A stretch of 64,000 nt of DNA, from positions 1 through 64,000 of the forward strand of contig JAAOMT010000387.1 in the NCBI GenBank assembly GCA_016748015.1. Direction: 5' to 3'. The position numbers were made by a program, and so were the translations under genes. Positions within the stretch are counted from its first letter, which is position 1; each line of letters opens with the position of its first letter. Of the stretch, positions 1-13,637 are shown piece after piece. The DNA comes from Geosiphon pyriformis uo1 (lineage: Eukaryota > Fungi > Glomeromycota). The notes below the pieces were generated by a model. It did not search any database. It saw only the letters and a list, made by a program, of their open reading frames with translations, and had not been told where the DNA came from.

Positions 1-299
1 TCATTTCGATGGTCTGGTGCAAAAAATAGGCATTGCTATATAAAATCTATTATGGTCAATATTTGATATTATCCATTGAAAAACATTATATGTTATTTAA
101 AAATTATTTCTTTAACTAATTTAGTAAAAGATCTATATTTGTAGAACTTTAAAAAGCTTAAAAATGAATTATAGAAAGTCAAAAATTAAAGTTATTTGAA
201 TATATAATTTGTAATATTGAATTATTTAATTATTCAAACTTTAATGAAATTATTATCACAATATTAATTTTATTTTTCTTGATTAGTTTCTAATTAACT

Positions 300-885
300 T
301 GAACGGTTTGGCGCTCTCAAGTCTGGTTCGACGAGCCATAGGTCTGCTGGCCTCCCGTACTTACATGATGAAGGCCTTGCATAGAAGGCTACCGGTTGCC
401 GTGGGGAAGAGGTTGTATGACCCCAGTTACCCGAGTTTGCTTTGTTTGAGATGTGGGGCCGTGGAGGCTTCGGACCACGCGTTTTTCTGCCCGAAGGATG
501 AGGCCGCTAGGCAGATGGTGTCGAAGGAATGTGCTGGGATTTGGATGTCTAGGTCTGGCGCTGGGGTTGATTCTTCTACAGTTTTGCACACGCTATATGA
601 CCTATGGGTATTGAAGGTGTGTACAGAGCGGTCGCCAAGGACTTCGTCCTCGGAGATTGGTTCCCTGATCTCTTGATAGGTTTGGGCAGGTTGACGTTGC
701 GCCTCGCATATTTTTGATCTAAACTAAGGGTTGGAGTGCGAGAAGAGGGGTTTGATTAATAATCCTGGTTTTGTTATTCCTGATATTGAATTTTGGTTTT
801 GTTAGGGGGTTTGGGCTTGATCTCGAATAGTTTGGTCCTGTAAGTTTGGTTGGGTCACGCTCGTCATCGCAAAAATAAAAAAAAT
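300..885 (+). mobile_element. 5'-truncated 3' fragment of a non-LTR retrotransposon (divergent LINE family, C-terminal CCHC region)
   Basis: ORF 299-676 has TYMMKALHRRLPVAVGKRLYDPSYPSLLCLRCGAVEASDHAFFC, homologous to the ORF2 C-terminus of the other LINEs here (FMKALHHQLSVAVCKHLYNRRYPSVLCLYCGEVETLDHVFSC). It ends in an A-rich tail at ~871-885. Confidence 0.8.
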
Positions 886-1094
886 ATTTATTTTAATAAT
901 TAATTGAAGATATATATTTTTAAATTTTTACTTATAATTCAAATATTGTTAAAAATTAGAAATTTATAAATAACATTTGCAAAATTAGAAATTTCATAAG
1001 TAAAAAATAATATATTTAATAAAATAGCTTAATATTTAAAAAAAAATTATTATTATTATTATTATTTTGTATTTTTATAAAAAATATTATATGC

Positions 1095-1340
1095 ATCTAT
1101 TTTTTATATGATGACAAGTATGATTTAGCCATTACTTAATATTATACAATTAACTATAAAAAAAAACCAAATTAAGCACAGTTTATGTACTTATTATATG
1201 TGACCAGTTATTTAAGCTGATTAAAAATACATTATATAAACAAAATAGAAGCATTTACATGAACAATTTTAGCAGACTCCAAAGTTTTAAAACAGATTAA
1301 AACCAAATAATTTTTTTTTAAAAAACCAAAGCATATTAAT
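1095..1340 (-). mobile_element. Heavily decayed 3' tail of a non-LTR element
   Basis: 1170-1240 (atgtacttattatatgtgaccagttatttaagctgattaaaaatac) matches the reverse complement of the LINE 3' UTR (catgtactttctacatgtgaccagtcattcaggccaatcaaaacaac). 1100-1135 resembles the reverse complement of the 845-880 tail. Confidence 0.55.
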
Positions 1341-1839
1341 TGGTTTTTATTTAAATTGATACTATAAATATTTTTTTTAATATCTAAATTAACAATATTT
1401 CTAATATTTAAAACTATAAAATTTTTATTAACAATTAAGTTTCTTTTTTATACTCAACTTTAAAACTCCAAAAAAGTCAAGTTAATTTAACATTTAATTT
1501 GTAAAAATTAAGTTTAAATTATAAATATTTTGACTTGAAATTAATATAAATTAGAATTTTATAATTTGATTTAACTTATTAAATATTATATATAAGTAAA
1601 TTAAATCTTATTTTAATTTTTTTTAACTTAAAAAATAACAATTAATTATTGTTATTTTTATTGATTAAAAAAAATTTTATATATAAATTAAGTTAAGTTA
1701 TAAATTATTAAATTTGACTTAATTTTTTAAAAATAAAAATTTTTGAAGTTTATATTTGATTTTTATGATTAATTATAATAAATTATATTAATAATTTTTA
1801 AAATTGTTTTTGAATTTTTTTTAAAAACCTTAATTTTTT

Positions 1840-4660
1840 ATAATAGTTTACAAAAATAATTTGTAGTTTAACAAAATATATCTTTAGTTTACTAAAAAAT
1901 TAGAAAAAAAAAAGTGTTAAATAATAAAATAGTATTATAACAAGTTGTATAAAAAAAGAGCTTTTTTTTTTAAAAAAAATATTTTATCTTACTTAGAATA
2001 AATTCCTGAGTGGTTTATGCTTTCTGTCGAGTTTCTGTCTGATACATCTTCTTCTCGTGCCCCTTCTTCTGCTTTGGTTGATGTGGGTCTTCAGAGTATT
2101 CTTGCCTCTCCTGGCTTTGTGTTGGTTCGTGATCAGCTTTCCCAAGTTCCTTTTAGTAGTATTTCTGTTTATACGGATGGGTCTCTAACAAATCTTGGTA
2201 CCGAGAATTGCACGGCTAGGGCTGGAGTTTTTTTCAGTGACATTGATCTGGGTTTGGGTGTTGGAGTTTTGGGTCTGTTGTCTTCTACTTTGGCGAAAAT
2301 GCAAGCTATTGCACTGGCACTAGAGTGTGTCCCGTTCTAGTTTTGTTTGTCTGTTCTCTGATAGTCAAGTTGCTCTGGATGCCTGCAAGTCGGAATTGGG
2401 TCTGGTGCATTCGGATTTTTGCAATTGTTGTTGGGTCGAACGCCAGCATATTGTAAATGTTATTTATGGCAAAAATTTGATGGTTGAATGGCACAAAGTG
2501 AAAGATTACTCTGGTGTGATTGAAAATGAACATGCTGATGCTATAGCTGGGGCTTCTTCTCACTCGGGCTGGTTCTTTCCTTCTCAATTGCATGCACGCT
2601 TTTTGTTGGCAGATGGTGGGACTGTTTCTGGCAATTCTAGGCATTTTATTTATGATATTTTTTGTTCTGTCAGTTGTGCATACTGGAAGGTTGGTTCTGG
2701 TTCTAAATTTCTGCCTGCCAGTTTGTTTGCAAATGTTGATTGGTCCTGCTCCTTACTGGTATGGCATCCTGATTCACACATGGCCACTGGCCACATTAGC
2801 AAGCCCACAGCAGATGCGTGCAGTTTTTTCATGAAGGCATTGCACCACCAGCTGTCTGTTGCTGTTTGTAAACACCTATATAACAGAAGATATCCCAGCG
2901 TATTGTGCTTGTATTGTGGTGAGGTGGAGACATTAGATCATGTTTTCTCTTGCAAGGTTGATGACTCTGCACATTTTCAGATACTGGATACATGTTCAAA
3001 ATCTTGGAGGGTGCTTTCTGGCCTGTCTCTATCTTCTTTCTGCGTGCTGTAATTGTTGTCTTCTTGTGCCTCTGATGTCTCTGTATTTACAGCTTTCTTT
3101 AAAAGGTTTGTTTTTAGTGAGTGGCTTTGTGAAGCTGTCTTTGTTTTCAAATCTCACAAGACTGCTAGTTCGAATATTGTTAAGTTTGTGCATTCCCTTA
3201 GTTTTGCTTTTAGGAATAATATTTGGTTGGTTCGGGTTAAGTATTGTGCATTCATGGAAAAAAATAATCTCATCCCACTTGACAGTTCAGTTCCTGTCTT
3301 GGTCTTTGACTCGGCTTCTAGGTTCTCGGCTGGTGTCGTTAGGCTACTTGGTATGGCTGAAGCTCTTGGCACTTGTTTTAGATTTCGTAAACAATGTTTT
3401 TTCTTTTCTGGTGTTGGTAATTCTGTTTTGATACATATAGCTGTGTAGTGTTGTCCTGGTCGGCCTGAGTGGCTGGTCACATGTAGAAAGAGCATGATTC
3501 ATACTTAGTTTATGTTATTTCTTTGATGTATAGCTTTAGGTAGTGTTTGGATCTCACTCATAAAACGTAATAAAAAAAAAAAAAAGAATAAATTTTAACT
3601 AACATCTTCTTTACAAATTTTAATAAAACTTATTTCAAAAAACATAAAGATTTTTAATTATTATTGTTTAAAATTAACTATTTTATATTAATAGTTTGAA
3701 ATTAACTAATTACCAATTTCAGTAACTATTAATAACTTTTAAATTTGAATATAAAATGACTTTTTTAACATATTTTTATTTTTTTGCTTTAGTTTATTTT
3801 CTTTTATCTTTTTTATTTTTTTTTATATTATTAAGTAGTCTATAATCAAAATTTTTTGTTGACTTTTACAACAAAGCAATTATACATATTTTGAAAAGTT
3901 TATAGACAAAATTTTTTGTAAAAGATTTAACTTTTACTACAAAGTAACTATATTAATAATTGACATAAAATTAGTCATTCTATTATAAATCCAATAGCAT
4001 ATATAGTTCCAAATATAGAAAAATATTTTGAAAAAAAAATTGGCTTATTAGAAATTTATTAATTTTTAACAACAGCAGAATTCTCAGCAAAACAACATTA
4101 ATAACATTAAAAAAAAGTAAAAAAAACTCTGATAATATTTTGTGCTCTTTTAAAAATAACATAACAACAATTAAATTAAAGTAGTAATTACATTAAATAT
4201 AACAACTTTAAAGTATTATCAGTTAATTTACATATATTGTAAACAACAATTTGGAATTTGAAATAAAATTACAGCTTTTAAGAAAACATTTTTTTAATAT
4301 ATTAAAAACTGAATTAATAATTACTTTTTCAAAAATTACAATATTACAAAAGTCAAGTAAAATTTTTTTGAAAATTTAATTTATTATTTAAATAAAGACC
4401 CAAAAAATATTAATGCTAACAATTATACTACTTATTTTTAAAAAACTTAATTACAACATTATTAAATTTTGTAAAGAAAAATACTCTGCTAATTTTTAAT
4501 TTATTTTTGAACTCAATTTTAAATCCAAAACAAACAGCAAAGACAAAAAAAATGCTTAATCAGTTTATATAACTTCTAATATATCAAAAACAACTTTTTA
4601 ATATTTGCAAATATTTAAACAAAAAACCAGTTCTAAACTATTATTTTTAATTATTATTAT
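1840..4660 (+). mobile_element. Decayed Ty3/Gypsy family A copy 1 (5' LTR, PBS, start of gag), interrupted by LINE 2005-3584; left edge approximate
   Basis: 1840-2004 and 3595-4137 align to the reverse complement of LTRs 7506-8464 and 33267-34279. The LTR end ctctgataata (4137) is followed by tt and a PBS-like ttgtgctc. 4150-4660 aligns to the reverse complement of ~7000-7500. Confidence 0.7.
2005..3584 (+). mobile_element. 5'-truncated LINE (RNase H, C-terminal CCHC, 3' UTR, poly(A)) with 10-bp TSD
   Basis: RNase H motifs VYTDGS, SSTLAKMQAI, FSDSQ and NEHAD; CLYCGEVETLDHVFSC; ORF ends HIAV* at 3448; poly(A) 3572-3584; TSD agaataaatt at 1995-2004 and 3585-3594. Confidence 0.93.
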
Positions 4661-4664
4661 AAAC

Positions 4665-7600
4665 AGTGTTAAATGAGATTTTTATTTTTATTTTTTCAGC
4701 AATTAAGAGTGCATATTGGCAGATTTGATTACAAACTCCTTTTTTATTACAATATCAATTTAGTTGTATTTTTCTGATAGTATTTTTTTGCATATAAGAC
4801 AAGAAATATTGTCTTATTTTCATTTTATTTGAAGTATTCAAATTATTTCTAGTAGCAAACCTTGTAGTAATAGCAAGTATGCATCTTATATTTTTTTTTT
4901 AAAAATATACAAGCTTCTATTAATGAAAGCTTTTTGTTGTAATTCTTATATCTAAGTAAAATATATAATAGTTGTTTTTATGATTCCAGTTTAGAATAAT
5001 AAACAACATTCTATCTTTTGGTTTCTTCAAAAAAATTTTGTTCTGTTTTCTCAGTCTAATTAAATGTTAATCCAAAAACCATATAGGTTTTAGTGATTGA
5101 CAATTTTTTTCTATTTTAAATTCGAATATAAAGGCTTTTTCTAATTATTTGTTAAAAGTACTATAAGCAGCAGATATTCTAGTATATTGTCCTTAATATG
5201 AGATTTTTAATTTCTGAGTTTCTTAATCTAGATTTGCATTGGCTTTGAAAAACCAATTATTTCTGACAAGAGCCTAGTATTGAGGTGTATTTATAATAAG
5301 AACTTTATTTGGAATGATAATTCTATTAATAATAAATAGAAAATTGTTAATTTCTCTTATTGAAATTTTTTTTATGCCATCAACTATAACAATAATTGTT
5401 TAAGCAGATCTGTTAACATTTTATTATAGTTGTTATATTGATTAGTAAATAATAATGCTTTCAGCAAATCTACTATTTAAGATTAACCAAATTGGCTTTT
5501 TTTTAACTTCAGCTTTGGTGTATATAACTGTAATTGCTTTTTGTTCAGTAACAACTGTATTGCTAAGTAAAAATAGTGATTTGTTAACTTCAAATTCAAA
5601 TGAAAAAATATTAGACAGATTGGTGTTTTGGGTAATTTTGGCTGATAGAATAATATTACTAAAAGAGTTTTGTCTTGTTGTTACAATTTTATTTTCAAAA
5701 AATACAGTTTATTAAAAATTCAATTCTTTTGATATTGTGAAATAGCTAAATAAAATATAGTAATATGTAAGTTTTTATTGAATTTGATTTTAGAAAACTA
5801 ATTAGTTGTTAAAATTGAATCTGTTGTTATTTATTGCAAATTGGTTTTAAGATTCAAATTGGTTTTGTTGAACCAATCTTTAGACAGATATTTGATATTG
5901 CTAAATTAGAGGTTGTAAATATTGTTGTTGAATGAATTGTAAAGTATATTAATAGAAGTTATTCTAATATTGAGATCTTGATAAATAATAAATTGGTAAT
6001 AAAGATTAGTAATGAGATTGCTAAAGTTAGAAATAATGTTAATTATTTCTTGATTGTTGGTTTTTTTGTATTTTTAGCAATTTTGTTTTCAGTATTCTAG
6101 AATTCTACAATAGTAACAGTTTTGAGATTGGTTGTTTGATAATAATAAATAATTATTTTAATTGTGTCTTTAAAATGGCTGATATTTTTGTTGTTGCTAT
6201 TGTTGTTGGTTAGTAAAATAGTTTTCTATCTTTTTGATAAGTTGATTAATTTTTTTTTCAGCTGTTAAGCTGGTTTTACCAATTGCAAAATTGATAAATT
6301 TGGTATGATTTGCTTTTTTTATTGCCATTTTGTAGTTTTTTACATATTAAATAACTGTAACTAAGTTTGCTAAGACATGAAAACAACCTTTCTTGATTAA
6401 TTTATCTTTTAATTCAGCTATAAATTAGTTCAAAATATAAGCATTAAAGTAATATTTGTTGGTTTTTAATTGTTGAATTTGTCAAAAAAATTTGTTAAAC
6501 TTCTTAAGATAGATTATGATAAATTTAAAGAGTTCTTGTTTAATGTTTCAAAATTAGTTTTAGAGAGTAATAGAAGTGTTGTTATTGGTGAATTGTTCCA
6601 AAAAAAAACATTTTTAAATGCTTGCCAAAGTTATAAAAAGTACATCTAAGTTTTTAAATCATTTGTCTATAGTTTCTTAAAAAAAATAAGGAATAACTTT
6701 TAGCATTTTTGCTGTATTTTATTTATTCACATCTTCTGTTTTCTGGATTTTGTTGAGTCATTTTTGTAAGCTGGTGTCAGTATTTTTTTCTATGAATTTA
6801 ATAATTTTTGCAATATAGGTGGTTGTTATGTCTTCTGCATTGTCATTTTTGTCAGTTTTTTTTTCAGTGAATTCAGAAATGGTTTTGTTGTTATTGGAAT
6901 GGTTACTCTGGTTTTTTGCTAGAAAATTAAGAAGATTTGTGCTGTTAATAATTTGTTCTGATTGTTGTGTTAGACTTTTTAATAAGATAAAATCTTCTGG
7001 TTTTGAGAACCAAATAAAAAGTAAATTGGATGTTTGTGATTAAGCAAATGAAAGTGGAAATGGTGTGATGAAAAGTATGGTTAACACAAGGTGTTTTTTT
7101 TTCTGCTTTTTTTTGTTGTTATTTTTTGGTTCTGATTTAAAGTTAAAAAGATATTTGAATTGTACTGAATATTTTTTTTACAATATTGAAGTTGAGTTCT
7201 TAAAAGTAAATATTGAATGTTTTATTATTAAGATCTTTTATTTCTAGATAAGAATAATGTAGTAAGTTTTTGTAGAGGTTGTTTTTGACTTTTAAGATGT
7301 TGTAATTTTTAAAAAGATAATTGTTAATATAATTTTTAATGTATTGATATAATGTTTTCTTGAAAATTTCAATTCCATCTTGGATGTTGAATCTTTGCTT
7401 ATAGTAAGTGTAAATTAACTGATAATACTTTAGAGTTGTTGTGTCAATTGTGGTTACTATTTTAAAATTGTTATTGCTGTATTGTTTTTATAGAAAAGTA
7501 CCAAATGTTATCAGAGGTTTTTGGTCTCTTTTTTTAATTGTTGTTAATGTTAGTTTGCTGTTTAATTCACATTTATTATTAAACTTCTGATAACTGAATT

Positions 7601-8464
7601 TAACTTTAAATTATCTCTTATAATTTGAATCATTAGACTTATAAGTAAAATGACCAATTTTGTGTCAGTTACTTTGTATAGTTACATTGTAATAAATATC
7701 AACTCTTTTCCAGAAATTGCTCATCTGAAAGCTTATTAAAATATGTAGTTATTTTGCTGTAAAAGTTAACTCTTCTACAGAAATTTTGTTTGTAAACTAC
7801 TCTAATGATTATAATAAGAAAATAAAAGAAAAATAAAAGAAAAATAAAAGAAATAAAATTTCGTTAAGAGAATTATTTTTTCATCCAGGCCTGAAGTTAC
7901 TAACAGTTTACTGAAATTGGTAGCTAATCAATTTTAAAATATTAGTTGAGTTTTAAAGAATTTTGAGTGTAATTATTTTGAGAATTGGTTTTTAAAATAT
8001 ATTTTTATTTTGAATTTGTACTGTAAGCTAATTCTAAAAAAAATAGAATGAAATACATTTTTTTGAAAAAAGAAGCTCTTTTTTATACAACTTGTTGTAA
8101 TATTAGTCTATGAATTTGTACTTTTCTTTTTTTTTTTTTTTTTTTTTGCTATAATTTTGATGAATTAAAAAATATATTTCGCCAAATTACAAATTATTTT
8201 ATCAAACTATTAACTATTTCAGTGAACTATTCATTATTTCAACAAATTTTGACAAATTCTTGAATATTATATAGTTTAGTGTATTATGTTATTTGATTAT
8301 TCTAATTTCTATTATACAAATTGAATTATTAATTAAATAGTAATATTTAATAATTTGATTAAGTAATAAGTAATAATTGAAATAATATTAATATATGCTA
8401 ATTAATAATAGGAATTATAAGAGTAATTTTATGCTAATTAATAATTAAAATTTTACTAGTAACA
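4665..8464 (-). mobile_element. Decayed Ty3/Gypsy family A copy 2 (5' LTR 7506-8464, PBS, gag, protease, Cys-rich module; truncated before RT)
   Basis: LTR tgttatcagagg...actagtaaca aligns to solo LTR 33267-34279. PBS remnant agtaccaaa lies at 7497-7505. Minus-strand remnants include TYIAKIIKF (capsid start), PQY*ALVRNNWFFKANANLD (protease C-terminus) and GVCNQICQYALLI (Cys-rich module). Confidence 0.8.
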
Positions 8465-8879
8465 ATATTTATAATTAATATTAAACCAACTTTTGATATT
8501 TATAATAAAATTTTTAAGATTTTTTTGAAGTTTGTTAATATTTAACAATATATTATAATTTATTTTAAGTTTTTTAATACAATTACAGCTGTTTTAATAT
8601 GTTAATTAATTTTAATAAACAAAAACAATATTAAAATTTTAATTTTTATAAATTAAAAAAAAATTATTTTTTCTTATAATATGTTTAAGACCAAATTGGT
8701 TAATTTTTTTGGGGGTATTTAGTTTTTAAAATCAGCAATTTAGTTTTTTAGATTGATAATTATACTTAATTTATTTTTTATTTTCTTAATTCTGTTAAAT
8801 AATTTTATTATATAATTATAATTTTTGGGTTTAAAAAAGATTTGAATACTGTTATTATTAAAATTAATATTTTTAAAAA

Positions 8880-9585
8880 AGTATTAAATCTAATAAAAAA
8901 TGATTAAATATTAATAAAATGGTATTACTTTTTTTTTAGAGTTTTTTTCAAATTTATTATTGATTTTAAATTTTTTGTTTTATTTTATATTAGTGTAAAA
9001 TTTTATACTAAGACTTTTGTTTTTTTTTGCTGTTGTATTTTTGGCTGTTTATTGTTAATTTTGTGATTAAATTTAAATTAAATTTTTTAAAATCTTAGAT
9101 CTTGGATTTAATTATTTTAATTAAGTTTGTTATTAAACTAATTAATAAGTTAATTACTTTGGTTATTATTTTATTGAATATTTTTTTTGTTTTATACAAA
9201 AAACAAAAAAATATAATTACTATAATTCAAAATAATATGTTTATTTTAGTAGATTTTTGAATAAAATTAACAAAAAATTAGTTAAAAGTAAAACTAAAAT
9301 TGGCATTAAGACTGATTATATAGATAATTTTAATAATAATTTAAATAATTTGGATGAAAATATTTATGTTAAATTGTTAACTTTTTAGGAGTATCAACCA
9401 GCTAATATCAAATTAAATACAGATAAAACTACTAAATAAATAAATAATTTAACATAAGTTAGTCTAAACTGAGCTTGTGTCTGGTTACATATAAAAAATG
9501 CATAAATTATATTTAATTTAGGTTATTTAGTTTGACTTATTGTATTAAATAGTGGTTGAATTATACATTAGATAAATTTTTTTTT
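8880..9585 (+). mobile_element. Heavily decayed ORF1-only (HAL1-like) element, 3' part
   Basis: Translation IVNFVIKFKLNFLKS*ILDLIILIKFVIK aligns with ORF 61371-61571 and with the coiled-coil end of 58922-60963. It is followed by the shared tail motif ctggttacatataaaaaatgcataaatt (~9481). Confidence 0.55.
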
Positions 9586-9751
9586 TTTTCCAAATTAAAT
9601 TTTTGACTATAGTACTTTCTATTAAAGAGTCAATCAAATCCAAATTCAAACATTTTTTAAAACTAGCACTTTACTTGGTATTATTTTCATTAAAATTCTT
9701 ATTTAAAATCATAAACAAACTGTTATTTAGTGTTTTGGCTATTATGGCATT

Positions 9752-10240
9752 GAAAATTTTAGAAAAAGCATTTAAACTTTATTCAAAAGTAGCAGAAACG
9801 AGACATATAATGGCACAACTTAATCTTGCATTTTGTTATTTATATATAAGGGGAACAACAAAAAATTCAGAAAAAGCATTCAAACTTTTCTCAAAAGCAG
9901 CAGAGGCGGGACATACAATGGCACAATACAATCTTGCACTTTGTTATGCTAATGGAGAAGGAATGACGAAAAATTTAGAAAAAGCATTTGAACTTTTTTC
10001 AAAAGCAGCAAAGGCGGAACATACAATGGCACAACTCAAACTTGGAACTTTTTATTTTAATGGAAAGGGAACGACAAAAAATGAGGAAAAAGCATTTGAA
10101 CTTTATTCAAAAGCAGCAAAGGTGGGACATACACTGCCACAACACAATCTTGCAAGTTGTTATTTATATGGAAAGGGGACAACCAAAATATGAGGAAAAA
10201 GCATTCGAAATGGATGAAAAATCTAGATTGAATACATAAT
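9752..10240 (+). pseudogene. Truncated SEL1-like repeat paralog (~4 repeats)
   Basis: Contains 108-bp units nearly identical to 15475-17754 but lacks the N-terminus. It is frameshifted near 10190, shows CpG-type substitutions, and shares its 3' flank with the intact gene. Confidence 0.85.
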
Positions 10241-11900
10241 ACACAAATTTCAAAAATAATCAGTGATAAGAAAAGGAAGATTGAACTTGAAACATGTGAT
10301 TTGAAGTAAAGTAGTTTATTATAGAGCGAAAATTAATTCAATTGGTTAATACAATTGATATGAGAGGTGATTTTATAGCGTGTTTTTGGTGGAATATGGT
10401 ATAAAGATTGAAGCAAAAAAGATACTTAACGTCATATTCTCTATTCCCAGCTTGTTATCTGTTATTATATTTGGTTAACGATGAAAAAGCAATAAATCGT
10501 TACAATAAAAATCCCAGTGTCTACCATATTAACAATAGAGAATTGCAATGCTGAAAAAGATGGATTAAGTAGTTTAGCACATTTTTGGCTTATTTAGAAA
10601 TTACATTTGGAAATTCACCATATTGACATTCTTTTTTATAAAGAGTAGCTCAGTTAAAAACTTTGTTAGGCAAAGTATTACATGAATTTTTTAATTTTTT
10701 TTCCCATATAATTCTGCTACAAATTTTAGTTTGAAAAATTTAATTTTATTATAAAAAAAACGAATTTGAATGATTTATAATTTGTTCAATTATATATATT
10801 ACTATTCTTTTTGTTATTTTTCCGATAATAAATTATTTTTAAAAGAAAAAATTGAAAAATATAAATATATGATATAAAAATCTAGTTAAAAATATGATAA
10901 ATTTTCTGGTTATTTAAAATATAAAATAATTTTTGTAAAAAAATAACAAATAAATTAATATTAAAACGAATTGAATTAATATATTTTATTTTATTTTTTA
11001 CAAAAATTATTTTCAAGAACTGATTATGAAAAATATTAAATTTTTTATTAATTATAAAAATTCAAGTTGATAATTGTTTGTTTTATTTTACATGAATTAA
11101 ACAAAAAAATCTTGGAAAGTTAGATTTTTAATATTTCATAACAAATTCAGATAAACAAATAATTTTTTAATTTGTATTTAATCATTTAAAAAAAAATTTA
11201 ATTAAAAATATTAGCTTTAATTAAAAATATTTATAAATTTAAAAGAGATTTCTTTTCAAGTATCTTTATAAAATTTTTATCGAATTATTTCGTTGCATTC
11301 TATTTATCAAGGTATTTTCATAGTTCTTAAATAAACTACAGAGGTTGCTTGAAATTATGCTTGTATTATTTTGGTTATTACAGCCTTTAACGTAGAGAAT
11401 TATTCTAAATTAGCTACTTTTGTTTTAAATATTATTTTTTATTCTAATAACGAAATCAATAAAACTTATTAAAAGTTATTAAATATTGTGACCAAGCTAG
11501 AATCTCAAAAATTTTATTATTTAACCAAAAATTTCTCCTATTTTCGAATACCTTGGGAAATTTAATAATTTATTCCTATATCAATGATATCAATTAATTC
11601 CAAAATTTATTGTTCGCGTATATCTTCGAATTACCAAACTTAAAATTAAAATTAATAGAATAAATATGAAAATTATTCCATAATTATTTCTTCAAACTGC
11701 CATTAGCAAGTTAAAATAATTATTTCAAAACCCTTTTCTCAAATAATTAGGTTGAACACAATGTCTTCCAAGAATTATGAGACAATTATAATATTTTAAA
11801 AACTGGTAGAAAAAAGGATAAAACCAGTTTTTTTAAGATTTTTTAAAAATTTTAATATATGCAATCTCAAATTTTCACATTTATCACATATAATTTAATT
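10240..11900 (+). repeat. Segmental duplication of the SEL1 gene 3' flank (partner ~17760-19240)
   Basis: Direct alignment at offset 7518. 10513-11122 vs 18031-18640 differ at one base, while the flanks are more divergent and carry indels. Confidence 0.95.
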
Positions 11901-12346
11901 ATTTAATGTAATATTTTGCCCAAAAACAATTATTATTATTCAAATTTTCATAGTTGTATTTTCTCCATGGAATAATAATATCAACAACTTTTACTTAATT
12001 TTCAAATTCTTTTTCACAATACAAATTGGCACAATCACTAAAATTAAAAAAGCCCCTTTAAAACCTTCTTCTATCCATAAGTTGAACTTATAAAAATTAT
12101 CACTTATTCCACTTTTAGGTTAACAAAATAGTCATATTTCAACAATAAAAAAAGAAAACCGTATAATTAATTAAAAAGACCTTTTAAATTATGACATTCC
12201 TTGATCTTATTGTCGAAATTCTTGACTCCTTAAATTTACAACTCCTGAGAATTTTCTTTTAGCGTCAACGTTGTTTTTTCATGTTTCACAATCATTTTGT
12301 GCTAAATTCGCGTTGTCAGACATTTCGGAATATATTTAAAAAAAAA

Positions 12347-12496
<150 letters not shown>

Positions 12497-13612
12497 TGTA
12501 ATTGAGAATCTGAGAAAATAAGAATAATCAAAACTGATATTTAATTCTCAAAGTCAATTTTCACATGTATAGCCATTCTAGTAAAACTTTCTTTTAAACT
12601 CTTATCAAAATTTTCTATAATCACCAAATTCATGACGTCTACGTGCCGGGATGTTTTTCACATTTCAAGCTTATTCAACAATCTCATCTGACTCTCAGAT
12701 TGTGTGTGGATGTGGATCGTTGTCGAAAACTTGCTTTGAATTAAATTATTTCCAGGAAACTTTAAAGTCTGTGTGAGAAATTACCTATTAAACACAATGG
12801 AAACACAAAGAAAAAGGTTTCGTAATACTCAGCTGTGGGATTAAGGGTAATTAATTATTAACAATTATTAACATTGTAGTGCTAGGCTTCTGTCTGTATT
12901 GGTGACATCACTCTTATTTTAATTTTTGATTTCAAATGATCGCTGGGAAACTAAACAATATAATGAAACTAATACTGCCCGAAGAAAAAATGGGCAACTT
13001 GTTTAGTCAAGTTTCTTTTTAAAACATGATTCTGACGTAAAAATTAAAATTTCGGATACTTGTTATGAATGGCTTTGATTTTTTTTAACGCCACATGCTC
13101 CTAATAGTATTAGCACTATTGATGGCAGATATCAACAAATCCAAAATGGTCTTGTCAAAAATTCCCGAGGATTTCATCATCTTCAACACTAGCCTGTTGC
13201 GACAAATTATCAAATATTGGGAAAAAGATTTTCGTGATATTATTCGGTTTTTTTTGACCGATTTCTTTAAAAGGATTCTAAGATGATCCACAAAACCAGG
13301 AATTGGAAAATCTTTTTTTAACCAATTTTCCATTTTTTTCTCATAAAATAAAAATTTCCCTAAGAAATGATTAATTGATCAATTAAATCTATTAATCAAA
13401 TCAATCAAAAATTCTCTCTAATTGAAAATAAAACAAATCATTGAAAACTTTTAACGGTTAACCCCCTTTTGAAAAATAATTTGATCTTTTATTTTATTTG
13501 TTTTCTTTTATTTTATCTCGTATTGTTTTGTTTTGTTTTATTTTATTTTATGCTTTTTTTCCCGTAAATATGACCAGCCCGTCAGTTGTACCAGCGAATA
13601 ATCTTATCTCAC

Positions 13613-13637
13613 CCTACCTACCTACCTACCTACCTAC
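13613..13637. repeat. (CCTA)6 microsatellite
   Basis: Directly visible. Confidence 0.9.

Noticed and set aside
9603-9751. Hydrophobic N-terminus of ORF 9603-10193 as a signal or TM segment of a SEL1 protein
   Set aside because: It has a TTG start, runs through AT-rich DNA unrelated to the intact gene's N-terminus, and is most likely a chance open frame.
13030-13333. Possible degenerate HMG-box (SMWR ... HNKYPKF on the minus strand)
   Set aside because: The spacing between motifs is too short, it needs both a stop and a frameshift, and there is no RPxN motif.
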